Notes: generated by a model not told the origin, from the sequence alone. A stretch of DNA of 64,000 nt from an uncultured Planctomycetota bacterium (GCA_963823665.1 CAWGMQ010000005.1:96001-160000), one strand, 5' to 3'. Counted from the first letter of the stretch, positions 44,838-57,100 are shown. Numbers and translations: made by a program.

Positions 44838-45089
44838 TCATTTCGTCGCTGGCTGCGCTTTCGGCTTGCCCTCCGGCGCCCCGATCATTGCCCCAGGCTT
44901 GCGCTGGTCGTTGGACTTCGGCGGCACGATCTTCTCCTTGGGCAGTGCATTGGGATCGGCTTTTCCGGAGTCGCCCAACTTCTTATTCGCGTCCACACCT
45001 GCCGACTCGTTGTCCGGCCCGCAGCCCGTAACGGCCAGCATGCCCATCGTTACGAGCGCCAAGCAAAGCCTACGGGTGAATGACTTCAC
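44838..45089 (-). CDS. Small lipoprotein upstream of the DUF1559 pair
   Basis: GTG start after CAGGAGA; LAVTGC lipobox. Confidence 0.75.
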   Translation of the reverse strand: MKSFTRRLCLALVTMGMLAVTGCGPDNESAGVDANKKLGDSGKADPNALPKEKIVPPKSNDQRKPGAMIGAPEGKPKAQPATK

Positions 45090-46057
45090 GGCTGTCGATC
45101 TCCTGTCGCAAAACAATGAGATGAAGAACTGCGCTAAACCCGCTGCGCTGCGACCGAACGATCACACGCACAGTCTCACAGCGAAAAGACCCTTCTACTT
45201 ATCGGCTACGACCCATCGCTCGACCAACACCTTCGCCCGTCAACGCTTCGCGGTTGTACGTCCGACCCCGCCAGTGTCGTTCATCCCCTTCGCAGGCACT
45301 GACCAGCAGAACCCCACCGCAAGTCGCCTGACATTCGGAGTTAATCGTGCCTCCGGCGCCTCATAACCGGAAAAGTGAAGAATCTGCGGAGAGAATACGC
45401 GAACGGTCTCGGCGGTGTCAACAAAAATCTCAATCTTTTGATATCTCCTATTTCTTTAGTAGTACAAGTGGGTTCTACAGACGTACGTGGAGAGCAGTTT
45501 TTCGTCATATCGGAGCGGCGTGCTCACACCCTCCCGCGGGCCACCGGACACTCAGTGATAACCCGGAACAGAACGCAGTTGATCGCCTCGGTCGCCCCGC
45601 CAATTTCGTTCTACGAACAAGCGAGCGAGAATTGTGCGGCCATCAGGGTGAATGCCCATCGAAGTGATATCCGCACCTTGCCCGGGTGATGGCTTGGCAC
45701 CGCGAGCGAAGGCTCGCCGGCAAGTTGGGAATCACGCGGCGAAGCAGCCCCGATGCGGCGTACGCGCGTTTCCGCGCGGCAAACATGTTGTAAAGATATG
45801 TAAACTGAATTGGCGGTGTTCCGATCTGGATTATCATCGTGTGAAAAATACAGCAAATGGTTTGAAAATAAGGGCTTAGAGATTGTCGACTCACGTTCAT
45901 GGACAGCTTCGATGCGAATGACGCCTAAACCATTTAGTACTGCCGATTATGCATTGCCGAGCAGTGGTCGCGCGAATTTGCATCACGGTCAATCGTGGAT
46001 CTGCGCGTCTTCTCGTCCAATGCGAGACTCGATCAACACGCGAAGGAATAGTCTCGG

Positions 46058-48090
46058 ATGACGACGACATCGCGGGAAAACGTTGCCGCGCCCCCGAGCC
46101 GCACGTTTCTCGCACCTGCGGCCGCCATGATGCTTTCGATCTCACTGGGCCTCTGCGGGGGCTACCTTGACCTGGTGATCACGCTCCTCGGCAAGTACTG
46201 CTGGAACAGCGACGGTTATTCCCGAAACGCGCGTGATTTTCCGTGGACCGTGCCGGCCGGACACGTCATCCTGTTGCTGGGCCCCGGGCTGGTGATCGCC
46301 GTGATCAACTCGCGTTGGCGAGCGAGTATCTCGCAGCGCGCGGGCGTGTGGGTGCTTGCCTCACTGGCGATCTGGGGTGCTCTTCTCAGGGCGCCCTTGT
46401 ATGGCGCTTGCACGCTCCTGCTGGCTGTCGGGCTTGGGCTGCTCGTGGCCGACCGCATCGTGTTGCATGGGTTAGCCCCGCGGCGGTTGTGGTGTGTCGC
46501 TTCCGGGCTGCTGGGGCTTCTGGCGGTGCTCGCAGCACTTTCGACGGGCTGGCAGACCCTCGATGAGTACCGCGCGGTCACAGGGCTGCCGGCTGCCCCG
46601 TCGGGCGCAGGGAATGTCGTGTTGATCGTCTGGGATACCGTCAGCGCCTACAATGTAAGCTCTTACGGCGCGTATCATGACACCACTCCGAACCTCTCGC
46701 GGTGGGCTCGTAAAGGGGTGCAGTTCAACCGCGCCATGGCGGCTGCCCCTTGGACTTATCCGTCGCATTGCTCGTTCATGACCGGCCAGTGGGCGCACAA
46801 AATGAATGCGCAGTGGAAGTTCGCGCTCGATGTTCCTGATCCCACCCTGGCTGAGTATCTGGCGTCCAAAGGGTATCAAACCGCCGGCTTCGCGGCGAAC
46901 ACGAACTGGTGCACGTACGAAACCGGGTTGGCTCGTGGCTTCGCGCACTTCGAGGATTATCCGCTTTCGCCGCGAGCGCTGCTCTCTCGTACCGTTCCGG
47001 GAAAGTGGCTCCTCGAAGGAATCTTGACTGTCGGCGCCTGGTACGACCCGAGCCTCGGTGCCTTCTACGAAAAGAAGTGGGCGACGCTCCAATCTCGCGG
47101 TGCGCGGCAAATCAATGAGAGCTTTCTCGGCTGGCTAAAGCGGCGCAGATCCGACCGGCCGTTCTTCGCATTTCTGAACTACTTCGACGTGCACGACCCG
47201 TTCATTCCGCCGGCGGAATTCAAGAATCGCTTCGGGATCGCGCCCAGCACACGAGAGGATTATCAGTTTCTGTTCGACTACGCATTGCTGAGGAAGGAAT
47301 CGCAGGGAGAACGGAAGCTGGGGATGGCCTTCAACAGCTATAATGCCTGCATCGCATTCCTCGATGAGCAGCTCGATCAACTGCTTCGCGAGCTTGAGGC
47401 GCAAAAGCTGCTCGAGAATACCACGGTGATCATCACGTCTGACCATGGCGAAGCCTTTGGCGATCACGGCTTCTACGGCCACGTTTACGGTCTATCCCTC
47501 GAGGAAATCGGCGTGCCGCTGGCGATTCTTTCCCCGGGCGCGCCGCGCGAAAAGAGGTGAATGCGCCCGTCAGCCTGCGTGACCTGCCTGCGACCGTCGT
47601 CGACCTGGTCGGAGTGGGTGCCGGATCCCCATTTCCCGGAAGCTCGCTCAGAGCCCGCTGGAATCCGCAGGAATCGAGGAGTCCCGCCGCGGAAGTGAAG
47701 ATCTCGCCGGCCTTTTCGGAACAGGCGGATTGGAGCACGCTTGAAACGAAGCAGCCGCACACGCGGGAATTCGGTGAGTTCCAGATGTCTCTGGTCGCGG
47801 AGGGCAAACAGTATGTCCGCGACGGCTCGGGCGCCGAACATCTGTTCGATCTCGCCGTTGATCCGTTCGAGATGGACAACCTGATGCAACATCCCGGCGC
47901 CGAGCAAAGGGTGGCACCTTTCCGGAAGATGCTGCTCGACTTCCTCGTCGCCAACCCGGCCTCGGTCGCGGTGGAACGCGGTTACTTGAGTCGCTACCGG
48001 GAACAGCTCCGAGCCGCCGTTGGAGCCACCAGCCCGAAAATCGCCAGCGCGATTCGCGCCGCGCCGCAGAAACTTCGCCCCGCGCACTGA
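46058..48090 (+). CDS. Membrane-bound sulfatase-fold (alkaline phosphatase superfamily) protein, copy 1 (frameshift near 47555)
   Basis: About 5 TM helices; NVVLIVWDT, APWTYPSH, DVHDP, TSDHGE. Confidence 0.85.
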
Positions 48091-48324
48091 CACGCCAGAT
48101 CCACGACGATCCGGCTTCGGCCTTCGCGCGCGGGAAGGTGGCGCATCCACTCACCTTGGGCCGGGATGTTGACAATTACGTCGGGGCGATGAGACACTCA
48201 CTGAAGAGATGTTGGCGACACTGAGCGCCGCGCTCGCGCCGGGCGGTTTCCATCCTTTGTAAGAATCCGCGGAAATCTGTCAGATTGGGCTCGATCCGGG
48301 CGATCCGGACCCGAAGGAGATTCC

Positions 48325-48492
48325 GTGCAGAGTTTTCCGGCAGTGTTCGCGTATTTCGGCCCGGAAGTGCAGTTGCCGGTGCTATCGTTCATCGCGGCGG
48401 TGTCGGGCCTTGTGTTGACGATCGGCGGTGCACCCATCCGAGCGATCAAGCGATGGCTCAGTGCACGCAGAGCGAGGAAGACGCTCTCGTAG
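48325..48492 (+). CDS. 55-aa small membrane protein, absent from the ORF track
   Basis: GAAGGAGA RBS, GTG start; MQSFPAVFAYFGPEVQLPVLSFIAAVSGLVLTIGGAPIRAIKRWLSARRARKTLS. Confidence 0.7.
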   Translation: MQSFPAVFAYFGPEVQLPVLSFIAAVSGLVLTIGGAPIRAIKRWLSARRARKTLS

Positions 48493-48518
48493 ATCAACCT
48501 TTGAAGGAACAGTCTCGG

Positions 48519-50530
48519 ATGGCGGCGACATCGCCGGAAACCGGTGTGGTGCGCCCTCCGAGCCGCGCGTCGCTCACGCCAGCGGCGGCGATCGTGCTTT
48601 CGATCTTGCTCGGCCTCTGCGGCGGCTATCTCGATGTATTGATCACGGTGCTCGGAAAGTACTGCTGGAACAAGGACGGGTACTTTCGCAATGCGCGAGA
48701 TTTCCCGTGGACGATCCCGGCAGGACACGCCCTCTTGTTATTGATACCGGGGCTCGTGGTGGCGGCGCTGAACGGTCCGCTGCGCAGGCGCATTTCGCTG
48801 CGCACCGGGCTATGGTTGTTCGCGTCGCTTTCGATCTGGGGAGCTGTGCTCAGGGCGCCGATCAATGCGGTTTGCAGCCTTCTTCTGGCTGTCGGGCTCG
48901 GCAGGGTGATCGCCGACCAGGTCGCGGCCCGCGGCCTTTCCCCGCGGCGACTCCGGTACGTCGCAACAGCGCTCCTGGGGCTGCTCGGTGTGCTCGCGGC
49001 GTGTTCGTCGGGTTGGCAGGCGCTGCGTGAATACCGCGCAATCGCCGGGCTGCCACCGGCCCCGTCGCCGGGCCGAAACGTGATCTTGATCGTGTGGGAT
49101 ACCGTGTGCGCGTACAATGTCGAGCTCTTTTGGCTCGCACCGCGACACCACCCCCAACCTGTCGCGGTGGGCCCGACAGGGCGTCCAGTACAACCACGCC
49201 GTGGCACCGGCCCCGTGGACCTATCCCTCGCATTGCTGCTTCATGACCGGCCAGTGGCCGTACCGACTGAATTCCCAGTGGAAATTCACGCTCGAGGGTC
49301 CAGATCCGACGCTTGCCGAGTATCTGGCAGCCCGCGGCTACCAAACCGCCGGATTCGTGGCGAACACGAATTGCTGCTCATACGAGACAGGGCTCGCTCG
49401 CGGATTTGCCCATTTCGAGGACTACCCGCTCTCGCCGCGGGCCTTACTGACGCGCACGGTGCCGGGGAAATGGATCCTCAAGCAATTCCTGACTCTGGGC
49501 GCCTACTACGACGCGAGATGGGGTGCCTTCTACGACACGAAGTGGGCCACGATCCAGTCTCGCGGCGCGCCGAGATCAACAATGGCTTTTTCGACTGGCT
49601 CAGCCGGCGAAGAAGCGATCGTCCGTTCTTCGCCTTCCTGAATTACTTCGACGCTCACGACCCGTACGTGCCCCCCGCAGGCTACGACCACCGATTCGGA
49701 AGCCCGCCCAGAACTCGGCGTGATTTCCAGTTCCTTTTCGACTACGTGAACTTGATCAAGCGCCCGCAGCAAATACGTGAGCTGCGCATGGCCCTCGACT
49801 GCTACAACGACTGCATCTCATTCCTGGATGACCAACTCGATCAATTGCTGGGACAGCTCCGGGGCCAAGGCCTGCTCGAGAACACGACTGTGGTCATCAC
49901 GTCCGATCACGGCGAAGGCTTTGGCGAGCATGGCTTCTTCGGCCACGCCTACGGTACCTGCCTCGACGAAACCGGCGTGCCGCTGGTGATTCTTTCTCCG
50001 GCGCACCGCCGGGAAAGGAAGTGGACACGGCTGTGAGCCTGCGCGACCTGCCGGCGACGGTGGTCGACCTGCTCGGGCTGGAGTCCGGCGCACGGTTTCC
50101 CGGCCGCTCGCTGGCGGTGCACTGGCGGCCGGCTCAGCCGAGCCGGGTCGCCGCGGAAATGACCTCACCTGCGTTTTCGGAACAGGCCGATTGGGCACTG
50201 TTTGAGCCAAACGATGCAAGCAAGCCGCGGCTCGGTGACTTCCAGATGTCGCTGATGGCCGACGGCCGGCATTACACCCGCGACGGCCTTGGTAACGAGC
50301 GGCTATTCGATGTGACCGAAGATCCGTTCGAAATCGAGAACCTCGCTCAGGGACCGAAGGCGGAAAAGAGCGTGGCGGTCTTCCGGAAGATGCTGCTCGA
50401 CTTCCTCATCGATAACCCCGCGTCGGCCGAGGTCGAACGCGCCTACTTGAAGCGCTACCGCGAAGAGCTCAGAGCCGCGGTTCTGGCGCCTGGCCCGAAA
50501 ATCGCGAGTGACCTCGGAATATCACCCTGA
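48519..50530 (+). CDS. Membrane-bound sulfatase-fold protein, copy 2 (several frameshifts)
   Basis: Paralog of 46058-48090 with the same motifs. Confidence 0.85.
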
Positions 50531-50802
50531 AGCGGTCGCCTCGCCAGACCACATCGCGGCTCCGCCGCCATCGAGCTCTCGCGCTTACTCGCGGGTAGTC
50601 GTTGTGGAAAAAGCCAAATCGATCCGGGTATTCGCGCCTTTGCGCAATTTAATGGTTCCCCAATTTACGCAATCTATCGCATCACCTCATCATGAGGGAC
50701 CAGTCGGGCTAGGAAGATCGACGGCGCACGACTATGATGCTGCCGAGCAGAGGAGCCCATGCCGGCGGAGCTTGATCTCTGCGTTTCGTCAGGGAGGACG
50801 GC

Positions 50803-51918
50803 ATGAAACTACTCGCGCTGGTCGAAGCGCCGGATCATGTCTGCTGCCGATACCGCATCCGAGCGTTCGAGCGCGCGCTCGAGACGGCTGGTTGTTCGCT
50901 CCATTGCGAGGGGCTCGATCGGGGTGCGTTCTTCCGGATGATCCAGCTTCAGCGGGCCCGATCGTTCGACGCGGTGATCCTGCAGCGAAAGCTGCTGGCG
51001 AGCTGGCAATTGAAGGCCCTGCGGCGGGCCTCGCGCCGGCTGGTCTTTGACTTCGACGACGCGGTGATGCTTCGCGACTCGTATTCGGGGCGCGACGGGC
51101 AAAGCCGTTCCAGGTCGCGGCGGTTCGCGCAGACGGTTTGTGCGGCGGACACGATCATCGCCGGGAATGACTTCCTTGCAGACGCGGCGCTTCGAGCCGG
51201 GGCGAGCGTCGAGCGCGTGCATGTGATTCCGACGTGTGTGGACCCCCTGCTCTATCCAGTCGCTCGAGGGGAGGGACCTGCCGAGCTTGTCTGGATTGGT
51301 TCATCGAGCACGTTGCAGGGACTCGAGCAATCGCGACCGATCTGGCAGCGTGTGGCCGAAACGATTCCGGGAGTGAAGCTCCGTGTGATCTGCGATCGCT
51401 TTCCCGAGTCGTTTCCGCTGCCAATTGAACCGGTGGCGTGGGACGAGCAGACCGAGGCGCGGGAGATTGCCGCGGCGCAGATCGGGATAAGCTGGATTCC
51501 GGACGACCTCTGGAGCCGGGGGAAATGCGGTCTCAAGGTCTTGCAGTACCAGGCGGCGGGGCTGCCGGTGGTGGCCAATCCGGTGGGAGCGCACCGGGAG
51601 ATGATCCGAGACGGACAGACCGGCTACCTGGCGACCACGGCCGGGGAGTGGGCGGACGCGCTCGGGAGGCTCGTCGCCGACCTATCATTGCGGCTTTCGC
51701 TGGGTCGAGCGGCCCGTCGTCAGGTTGAGGCGAGCTATTCGGTCTCGGCGTGGGCCGAGACGTTCGTGACGAGCGTGACGGGGTTGGCGGCGCATTCGTC
51801 TCGCGCCTCCTGGAAGATTGATCGAGCTCTTGGACCGAATGAGAGACGCAAAGGGTTTGAGCCGCATCTCGCTCGGAGCGGACCATCTCGAACATTGAAC
51901 CAGATTGGCGATCGATGA
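50803..51918 (+). CDS. Glycosyltransferase family 4
   Basis: VFDFDDAV, WIGS, GKCGLKVLQYQAAGLPVV; GGAGG RBS. Confidence 0.9.
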   Translation: MKLLALVEAPDHVCCRYRIRAFERALETAGCSLHCEGLDRGAFFRMIQLQRARSFDAVILQRKLLASWQLKALRRASRRLVFDFDDAVMLRDSYSGRDGQSRSRSRRFAQTVCAADTIIAGNDFLADAALRAGASVERVHVIPTCVDPLLYPVARGEGPAELVWIGSSSTLQGLEQSRPIWQRVAETIPGVKLRVICDRFPESFPLPIEPVAWDEQTEAREIAAAQIGISWIPDDLWSRGKCGLKVLQYQAAGLPVVANPVGAHREMIRDGQTGYLATTAGEWADALGRLVADLSLRLSLGRAARRQVEASYSVSAWAETFVTSVTGLAAHSSRASWKIDRALGPNERRKGFEPHLARSGPSRTLNQIGDR

Positions 51919-53738
51919 GCGTGTGCACGCGGCAGCCGCGAACGATTCGACGGGTGGGCGGGGGGGCGCCGGTTTCGGAACCGCTCTCTCCCGAGGCCCT
52001 GGTGAAGCGCATGTTCAAGCCCCCCGACTGGCAATGGCGGCAAGCGCCGGGCGTCGGCTGGTGGTATCGCGACGGCTGGGGCGAGGTGCTGCTCGGACCG
52101 GAAGGGCTGCGTCTGGACGAATGGCGGGCCGCGGGCGTGCTCACGACTGTGAAGTCGGGACCTCATCGGACTGTCTACCGTGTCCGACTGGACGAGTCCA
52201 CGATCTACATCAAACATTTCCTGGTGCCCAACCGGCGTGCGGTGCTGAGGCAGTGGGTTCGTCGCGGTAAGGGTCGAAACGAGGGCAAGCGATCGGTGCA
52301 TCTGGCCACGATCGGGGTGCCGACGATCACGCCGGTTGCGCTCGGTGAGCAGCGAAAGCGCAAGTTCTTGTTCGAGAATTACCTGGTCACGCCCGCGATT
52401 TCGGACACGATTCCGCTGGATGAGTTCGTCGAGCGGCGGCTGCCGGAATGGAGAGAGCCGGAGCGATCACGGGTTCGCCGGAAACTGGCGCGGGCGGTGG
52501 CGGCGATGACGGCCCAGCTTCACGACGCGGGGCTCTTGCATCACGACTTTCATCCCGGGAACATCCTGGTGCGGCTGCGGAATGCCGACCAACTCGAGCT
52601 GTTCATGATCGATCTCGACGCCATGAGGAAGTGCCGCCGGGTCACGTGGAAGCTGGCCAGGCAGAACCTGGCGCTCCTGGACCATTACTTCTGGCTCAGA
52701 AGCAGCAGGACCGACCGCTATCGTTTTCTCAAGACTTATCTGGATACGCGCAGCGAGCCGCCGCCGGAGGTGGGCCCGTTTGCCAGGCGGATCGAAGACT
52801 CGACGCGGCTCTGGGCGGAACGGCTGTGGCGGCGGTGGGGCCGCCGATGCCGGTCATCGAACAAGTACTTTGAAGTCCATCGCGGGCCGCTCGCGCGGAG
52901 TGTGGCCTCGCGGGACCTGGATGCTTCTGAAATCGGTCCCTTGCTGGAAAACCCGGACAGGCCGTTTGAGCAGCCCGGGGCGATCCTGCTCAAGAACTCG
53001 CGGACCACGTCGGTCGTCGAGACAACGATGCTCGTTCGCGGGCAGCCGACTCAGGTGATTTACAAGCGATTCAACCGCAAGAAGTGGCTCGACCCATTCT
53101 TCACGCTGTTCCGCCCGCCGCGGGCATGGCGGTCATGGCAGGCCGGGCAGGACCTGGCGAGCCGGGGGATCCCGACCCCGCAGAACCTCGCGTACGTGTC
53201 ACGGCGGCGAACGTTCAAAAGCGACCCTCTCTTCTGGTTCCTGCCTCATGAGACCTATCTGGTCACCGTCAGGCAACCCGGTGCACAGAGCCTGGCCGAA
53301 TACGTGAACAAAGTGCTCCCAGCGCTTGCGCTCCCGGAGCGGCGGGCGAGGATCCGGGAGCTGACAGCCTCGCTCGCGCAGTTGATTCGATCGCTGCACG
53401 ACCGTTCGCTCTCGCACCGGGATTTGAAGGGATCGAACATCCTGCTCGAGGTGAATTCCGACGGTGGGATTGAACGAGTCAGCTTGATCGATCTGGTCGG
53501 GGTTGCGCTCAAACACCCGCTTCCCTGGGGCAGACGGGTGCAGAACCTGGCGCGGCTGTGCGTGAGCCTGAACCTGGTCAAGGGGCGCACGCGGACCGAT
53601 CTTCTTCGATTCCTGCGGCTGTATCTGCCGTGGGGACTTTCGCCGCTGGGCGACTGGAAGGGACTCTGGCGAAGAATCGAACGCGCCGTCGGTGCCAAGC
53701 GAGCGCGCAATCTCAAGCGCGGGCGGCCACTTTCCTGA
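51915..53738 (+). CDS. Tandem-domain LPS kinase (Kdo/WaaP/InaA family)
   Basis: Two kinase cores: HHDFHPGNIL...IDL and HRDLKGSNIL...IDL; ATGA overlap with GT4. Confidence 0.85.
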   Translation: MSVCTRQPRTIRRVGGGAPVSEPLSPEALVKRMFKPPDWQWRQAPGVGWWYRDGWGEVLLGPEGLRLDEWRAAGVLTTVKSGPHRTVYRVRLDESTIYIKHFLVPNRRAVLRQWVRRGKGRNEGKRSVHLATIGVPTITPVALGEQRKRKFLFENYLVTPAISDTIPLDEFVERRLPEWREPERSRVRRKLARAVAAMTAQLHDAGLLHHDFHPGNILVRLRNADQLELFMIDLDAMRKCRRVTWKLARQNLALLDHYFWLRSSRTDRYRFLKTYLDTRSEPPPEVGPFARRIEDSTRLWAERLWRRWGRRCRSSNKYFEVHRGPLARSVASRDLDASEIGPLLENPDRPFEQPGAILLKNSRTTSVVETTMLVRGQPTQVIYKRFNRKKWLDPFFTLFRPPRAWRSWQAGQDLASRGIPTPQNLAYVSRRRTFKSDPLFWFLPHETYLVTVRQPGAQSLAEYVNKVLPALALPERRARIRELTASLAQLIRSLHDRSLSHRDLKGSNILLEVNSDGGIERVSLIDLVGVALKHPLPWGRRVQNLARLCVSLNLVKGRTRTDLLRFLRLYLPWGLSPLGDWKGLWRRIERAVGAKRARNLKRGRPLS

Positions 53739-53761
53739 ACTGAACCGATCGGAGTGAAGTC

Positions 53762-54730
53762 GTGACGGCCGGAATGCCATTTCGCCCGATTGACCGGTCC
53801 GGCAGGCGGCTTGCCTTTTGGTCGACGCTGCTGGTCTTTTCTGCCGCGAGCTGCTCGAGTATCTCCGAGCGCACGCAGCCTCTGGTGCCCACGCGGCACC
53901 AGGTTCGCACCGGGGGCTTTGTCCTCTTCTCGAACTTTCCGCTCAAGGAAGACCCGCCGGTGGTGAGCGTGCTGCAGGCGCTCGAGCGAGACCTGGCAGC
54001 GCACCTCGATTTTTCGCCGTCAGGGCAGGATGATCCGGTCGAGATCTACGTGCTCGACGACAAGAACTCGTTCATCCACTTTCTCAAGTTCTATTATCCC
54101 GAGCTGCCGCAGCGACGTGCGTTTTTCCTGGCACAGGGCAACCAGAGGGTCGTGTACACATACGCGAGCGCAAAGCTGGAAGAGGACCTGAGACACGAGG
54201 CGACCCACGCCCTGCTTCGAGGGGCATACGGAGATCTGCCGCTGTGGCTGGACGAGGGGCTTGCCGAGTACTTCGAGTCGGACCTGACCCGACCCGGCGC
54301 GCTGGCAGAGCGGATGGCGCCGATTTCCAACGACATGGAGAGTGGCTGGCGGCCGAATTTGAAGCGGCTTGAATCCCTTTCGGACATCCGCGAAATGACA
54401 CCGCGCGACTATCGCGAGTCGTGGGCGTGGGTGCATCTGCTCCTGAACGGATCGGAGCCGGACCGATCGGTCCTGCTCACTTCTCTCACCAGCTTGAAAG
54501 CGAAGCCCGGCCCGCTCGGGCTCTCGGAGAAGGGCGCGACGAGCGGTCGGCTGATCGAGCATTTACATGAGCTACAAACTCGGGGGCCGCGGGTCGAGCC
54601 GGCCGCCCTGGACCGGCATACCGTTCGGCTGCAAGACAAGAAAGTCGTTGAGCCGGCTCGTGCCAATGCTTCCGAAGGCCCACCGGCACGCGGTTTCTGG
54701 CAACGGGTGCGCGGGTGGGTGGGGATGTAA
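53762..54730 (+). CDS. DUF1570-like zincin protein
   Basis: HEATH, PLWLDEGLAEYFE, YRESWAWVH. Confidence 0.8.
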   Translation: MTAGMPFRPIDRSGRRLAFWSTLLVFSAASCSSISERTQPLVPTRHQVRTGGFVLFSNFPLKEDPPVVSVLQALERDLAAHLDFSPSGQDDPVEIYVLDDKNSFIHFLKFYYPELPQRRAFFLAQGNQRVVYTYASAKLEEDLRHEATHALLRGAYGDLPLWLDEGLAEYFESDLTRPGALAERMAPISNDMESGWRPNLKRLESLSDIREMTPRDYRESWAWVHLLLNGSEPDRSVLLTSLTSLKAKPGPLGLSEKGATSGRLIEHLHELQTRGPRVEPAALDRHTVRLQDKKVVEPARANASEGPPARGFWQRVRGWVGM

Positions 54731-54734
54731 TGCG

Positions 54735-55538
54735 TTATCGAAAGCTCTCGCGTTCTGTGGGGAAGCGGCCTTCGGAGACGTCGGCGACGTACCTGGCGGC
54801 GGCCGTGCGGATCTGGGAGCCGAGGTCGGCGTACTGCCTGACAAATTTCGGCTGGTGATATCCCTCGAGAATGCCCAGCAAGTCGTGAAGCACGAGGACC
54901 TGGCCGTCGCAGTGAAGGCCGGCGCCGATGCCGATGGTGGGAATTGGCGACTGCTCGGTGATCCTGGCGGCAACATCTCGCGGGATGCATTCGAGAACGA
55001 TGCCGAACGCCCCGGCCTCGGCGACCGCCTGGGCGTCGGCCAAGAGCTCGTCAGTGGAGCGCTGAACCTTGTAGCCGCCCAGGCGGCGAATGGCCTGGGG
55101 CCGCAGCCCGATATGCGCCATGGCGGGGATTTCGGCATCAATCAAGGCCTTGATCGTGGGCGCGATCTTGCGGCCCCCTTCGAGCTTGACGGCCTGGCAG
55201 TTGGTCTTTTTCAAGATGCGGCCGGCGGAGCGCACGGCCTGCGCCGGAGAGACCTGGAAGCTCAAGAACGGGAGGTCGGCGATCACGAGAGCACGCTGCG
55301 CTGCGCGTGCGACCATCTCGGTGTGGTAGATCATCTGTGCCAGCGTGACGCGGAGGGTGGTTTCCCAGCCCTGGACGGCGGTTCCGAGCGAGTCTCCGAC
55401 CAGGATGCAATCGACGCCGGCCGAGTCGAGCAGGCGCGCGGTCGGATAGTCATAGGCGGTCAGCACGGAGATCTTGCGTTTCTCCGCCTTCCATTTCGCG
55501 AAGTCCGGAACCGTGACGCGCTCGGCCTCAGTTGGCAT
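54735..55538 (-). CDS. panB: 3-methyl-2-oxobutanoate hydroxymethyltransferase
   Basis: LTAYD, ILVGDSLG, VKLEGG, IGIGAG..CDGQVLV. Confidence 0.97.
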   Translation of the reverse strand: MPTEAERVTVPDFAKWKAEKRKISVLTAYDYPTARLLDSAGVDCILVGDSLGTAVQGWETTLRVTLAQMIYHTEMVARAAQRALVIADLPFLSFQVSPAQAVRSAGRILKKTNCQAVKLEGGRKIAPTIKALIDAEIPAMAHIGLRPQAIRRLGGYKVQRSTDELLADAQAVAEAGAFGIVLECIPRDVAARITEQSPIPTIGIGAGLHCDGQVLVLHDLLGILEGYHQPKFVRQYADLGSQIRTAAARYVADVSEGRFPTERESFR

Positions 55539-57100
55539 TCCAGTGCGTCCCCGAATTGGAGAGGTCGGCGATCAAAACGTCGGGGGTATCCACAATCACC
55601 TTGTATCGTTCGCGGACAGCGTCGTGCAAGCCCTTTCGCGGCGAGAGAGGATCGCGACAGCCCAGGTCGGCGAAGTAGCGGGCACCCGTGAGTCGGTAAT
55701 AATCGATCAGTTCCAGGGGAGTTTCCACCTGGGGAACACGCACCCACTCTCCGGCCGCTCTTCGGGCCGCGTCGCTCGTCCATTCCATCCGGCATCCGCG
55801 GCGGTCGGCCTGGAACAACAGCGCTTCGAGCGCCGCGACCCACGATTGCTGTGGCACGTTCGCAGAGACCGCTCGGGCTGCCACCTCAAGGCTCGCCCAC
55901 TCGGCAGGAGTTCGCCAGGTGGAGCGCGTCTGGAATGCGCAAAGAAACAGGACCGCAGCCGCCACGCTCACCGACAACTGCGCGGCTGTGCTCGGCGAGG
56001 CACGCGAGTGCGCGGGCAACTCCCACGGCGGCCACAGGGGCCAGGGGCAACCAGTAATATTCATGGTGGAGCTTGCTTGCCAGGAACGCCATGGCCGCGA
56101 AGGTGGAACCGGCCCAGATCAGCCACAGGGCGCTCGAAGGACGAGCGGGCGGCACACGGAGCGTGCCTGCTACGACCTGTCTGGCCGGAGCAAGCGATAA
56201 AGCGCCCTTCTGTCTCCGCTTCCAGAACCCGAGCAGAGCCAGGCCGGCGCCGAGAGGGGTGAACGCGCGGACGAGCAGTGATGAGCCGACCACCTTGATC
56301 GTTGCCGGGTTGAAAATTGCTTTCGGGCCCAGCAGCGCCAGCCAGATCGAGCGGTTGTCGGCGGCGGCGTGCGAGCCGGTTCCCTGCGCAATCAGGTGAT
56401 TGGCCCATCCGTACCAGAGCAACGCCGGAAGCAACGTCGCGAACGCGGCGACGAGATCACGGCGCCGGCCGTGGTGGAAGATGATGAACAGGAGGGGAAC
56501 GAGGAGGAACGCGGACGTGATCTTGATCGCAAAGCCAGCCGCGAGCAAGCACCAGCCGGCGACGCGCCAGGACGCGCTGCGGGTCCGGAGCGAATGGTCC
56601 CAGCAGGCGAGGCCGGCGACCGTCGCGCCGAGCATTGCCGCGTCCGGCTGGAAAGCGCGCCCGTACCTGATGGTGAGCGGTAAGACGGAAAAGATGAAAA
56701 CAGCCAGGAGCGCCAGGCGCGCGCCCTCGCGATTCCGCACGAGCCAATAAAGACCCCACGCCGCCATCGCCGAGAACAAGGCGGAGACGAGCCGCCCTGC
56801 CTGTGGCAATTCAAGCGATGTCAATCGTTTGAGACCAACGACGAGCAGCTCGTAGATCGGCGGCTCGACAACGAAATAATTCGGAAACGGAGCGGTCTCG
56901 AGCTGAGGCCGGAAGAAGCCCGAGCCGCGGTCGAGGTTTCGCGCCACCATGGCGGTTGGAATCTGGCGGCCAACGTAGTTTTCGACCAGTGGCTGGTCAG
57001 GGTGGAGAGCGCGCACCAGGAACGTGAAGAACAGGAGCAGGACCATTGCGGCCGTGTACGGCAGCGCGCGTCCGTTTTCGATCGATCGCGTGTCTTCCAT
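55528..57100 (-). CDS. ArnT/GT39-like membrane glycosyltransferase (frameshift near 55950)
   Basis: RQ...MVARN...EPPIY...GRLVS...YGRAFQPD...HHEYY, polytopic. Confidence 0.8.

Noticed and set aside
54567..55691. 374-aa plus-strand ORF
   Set aside because: Antisense shadow of panB
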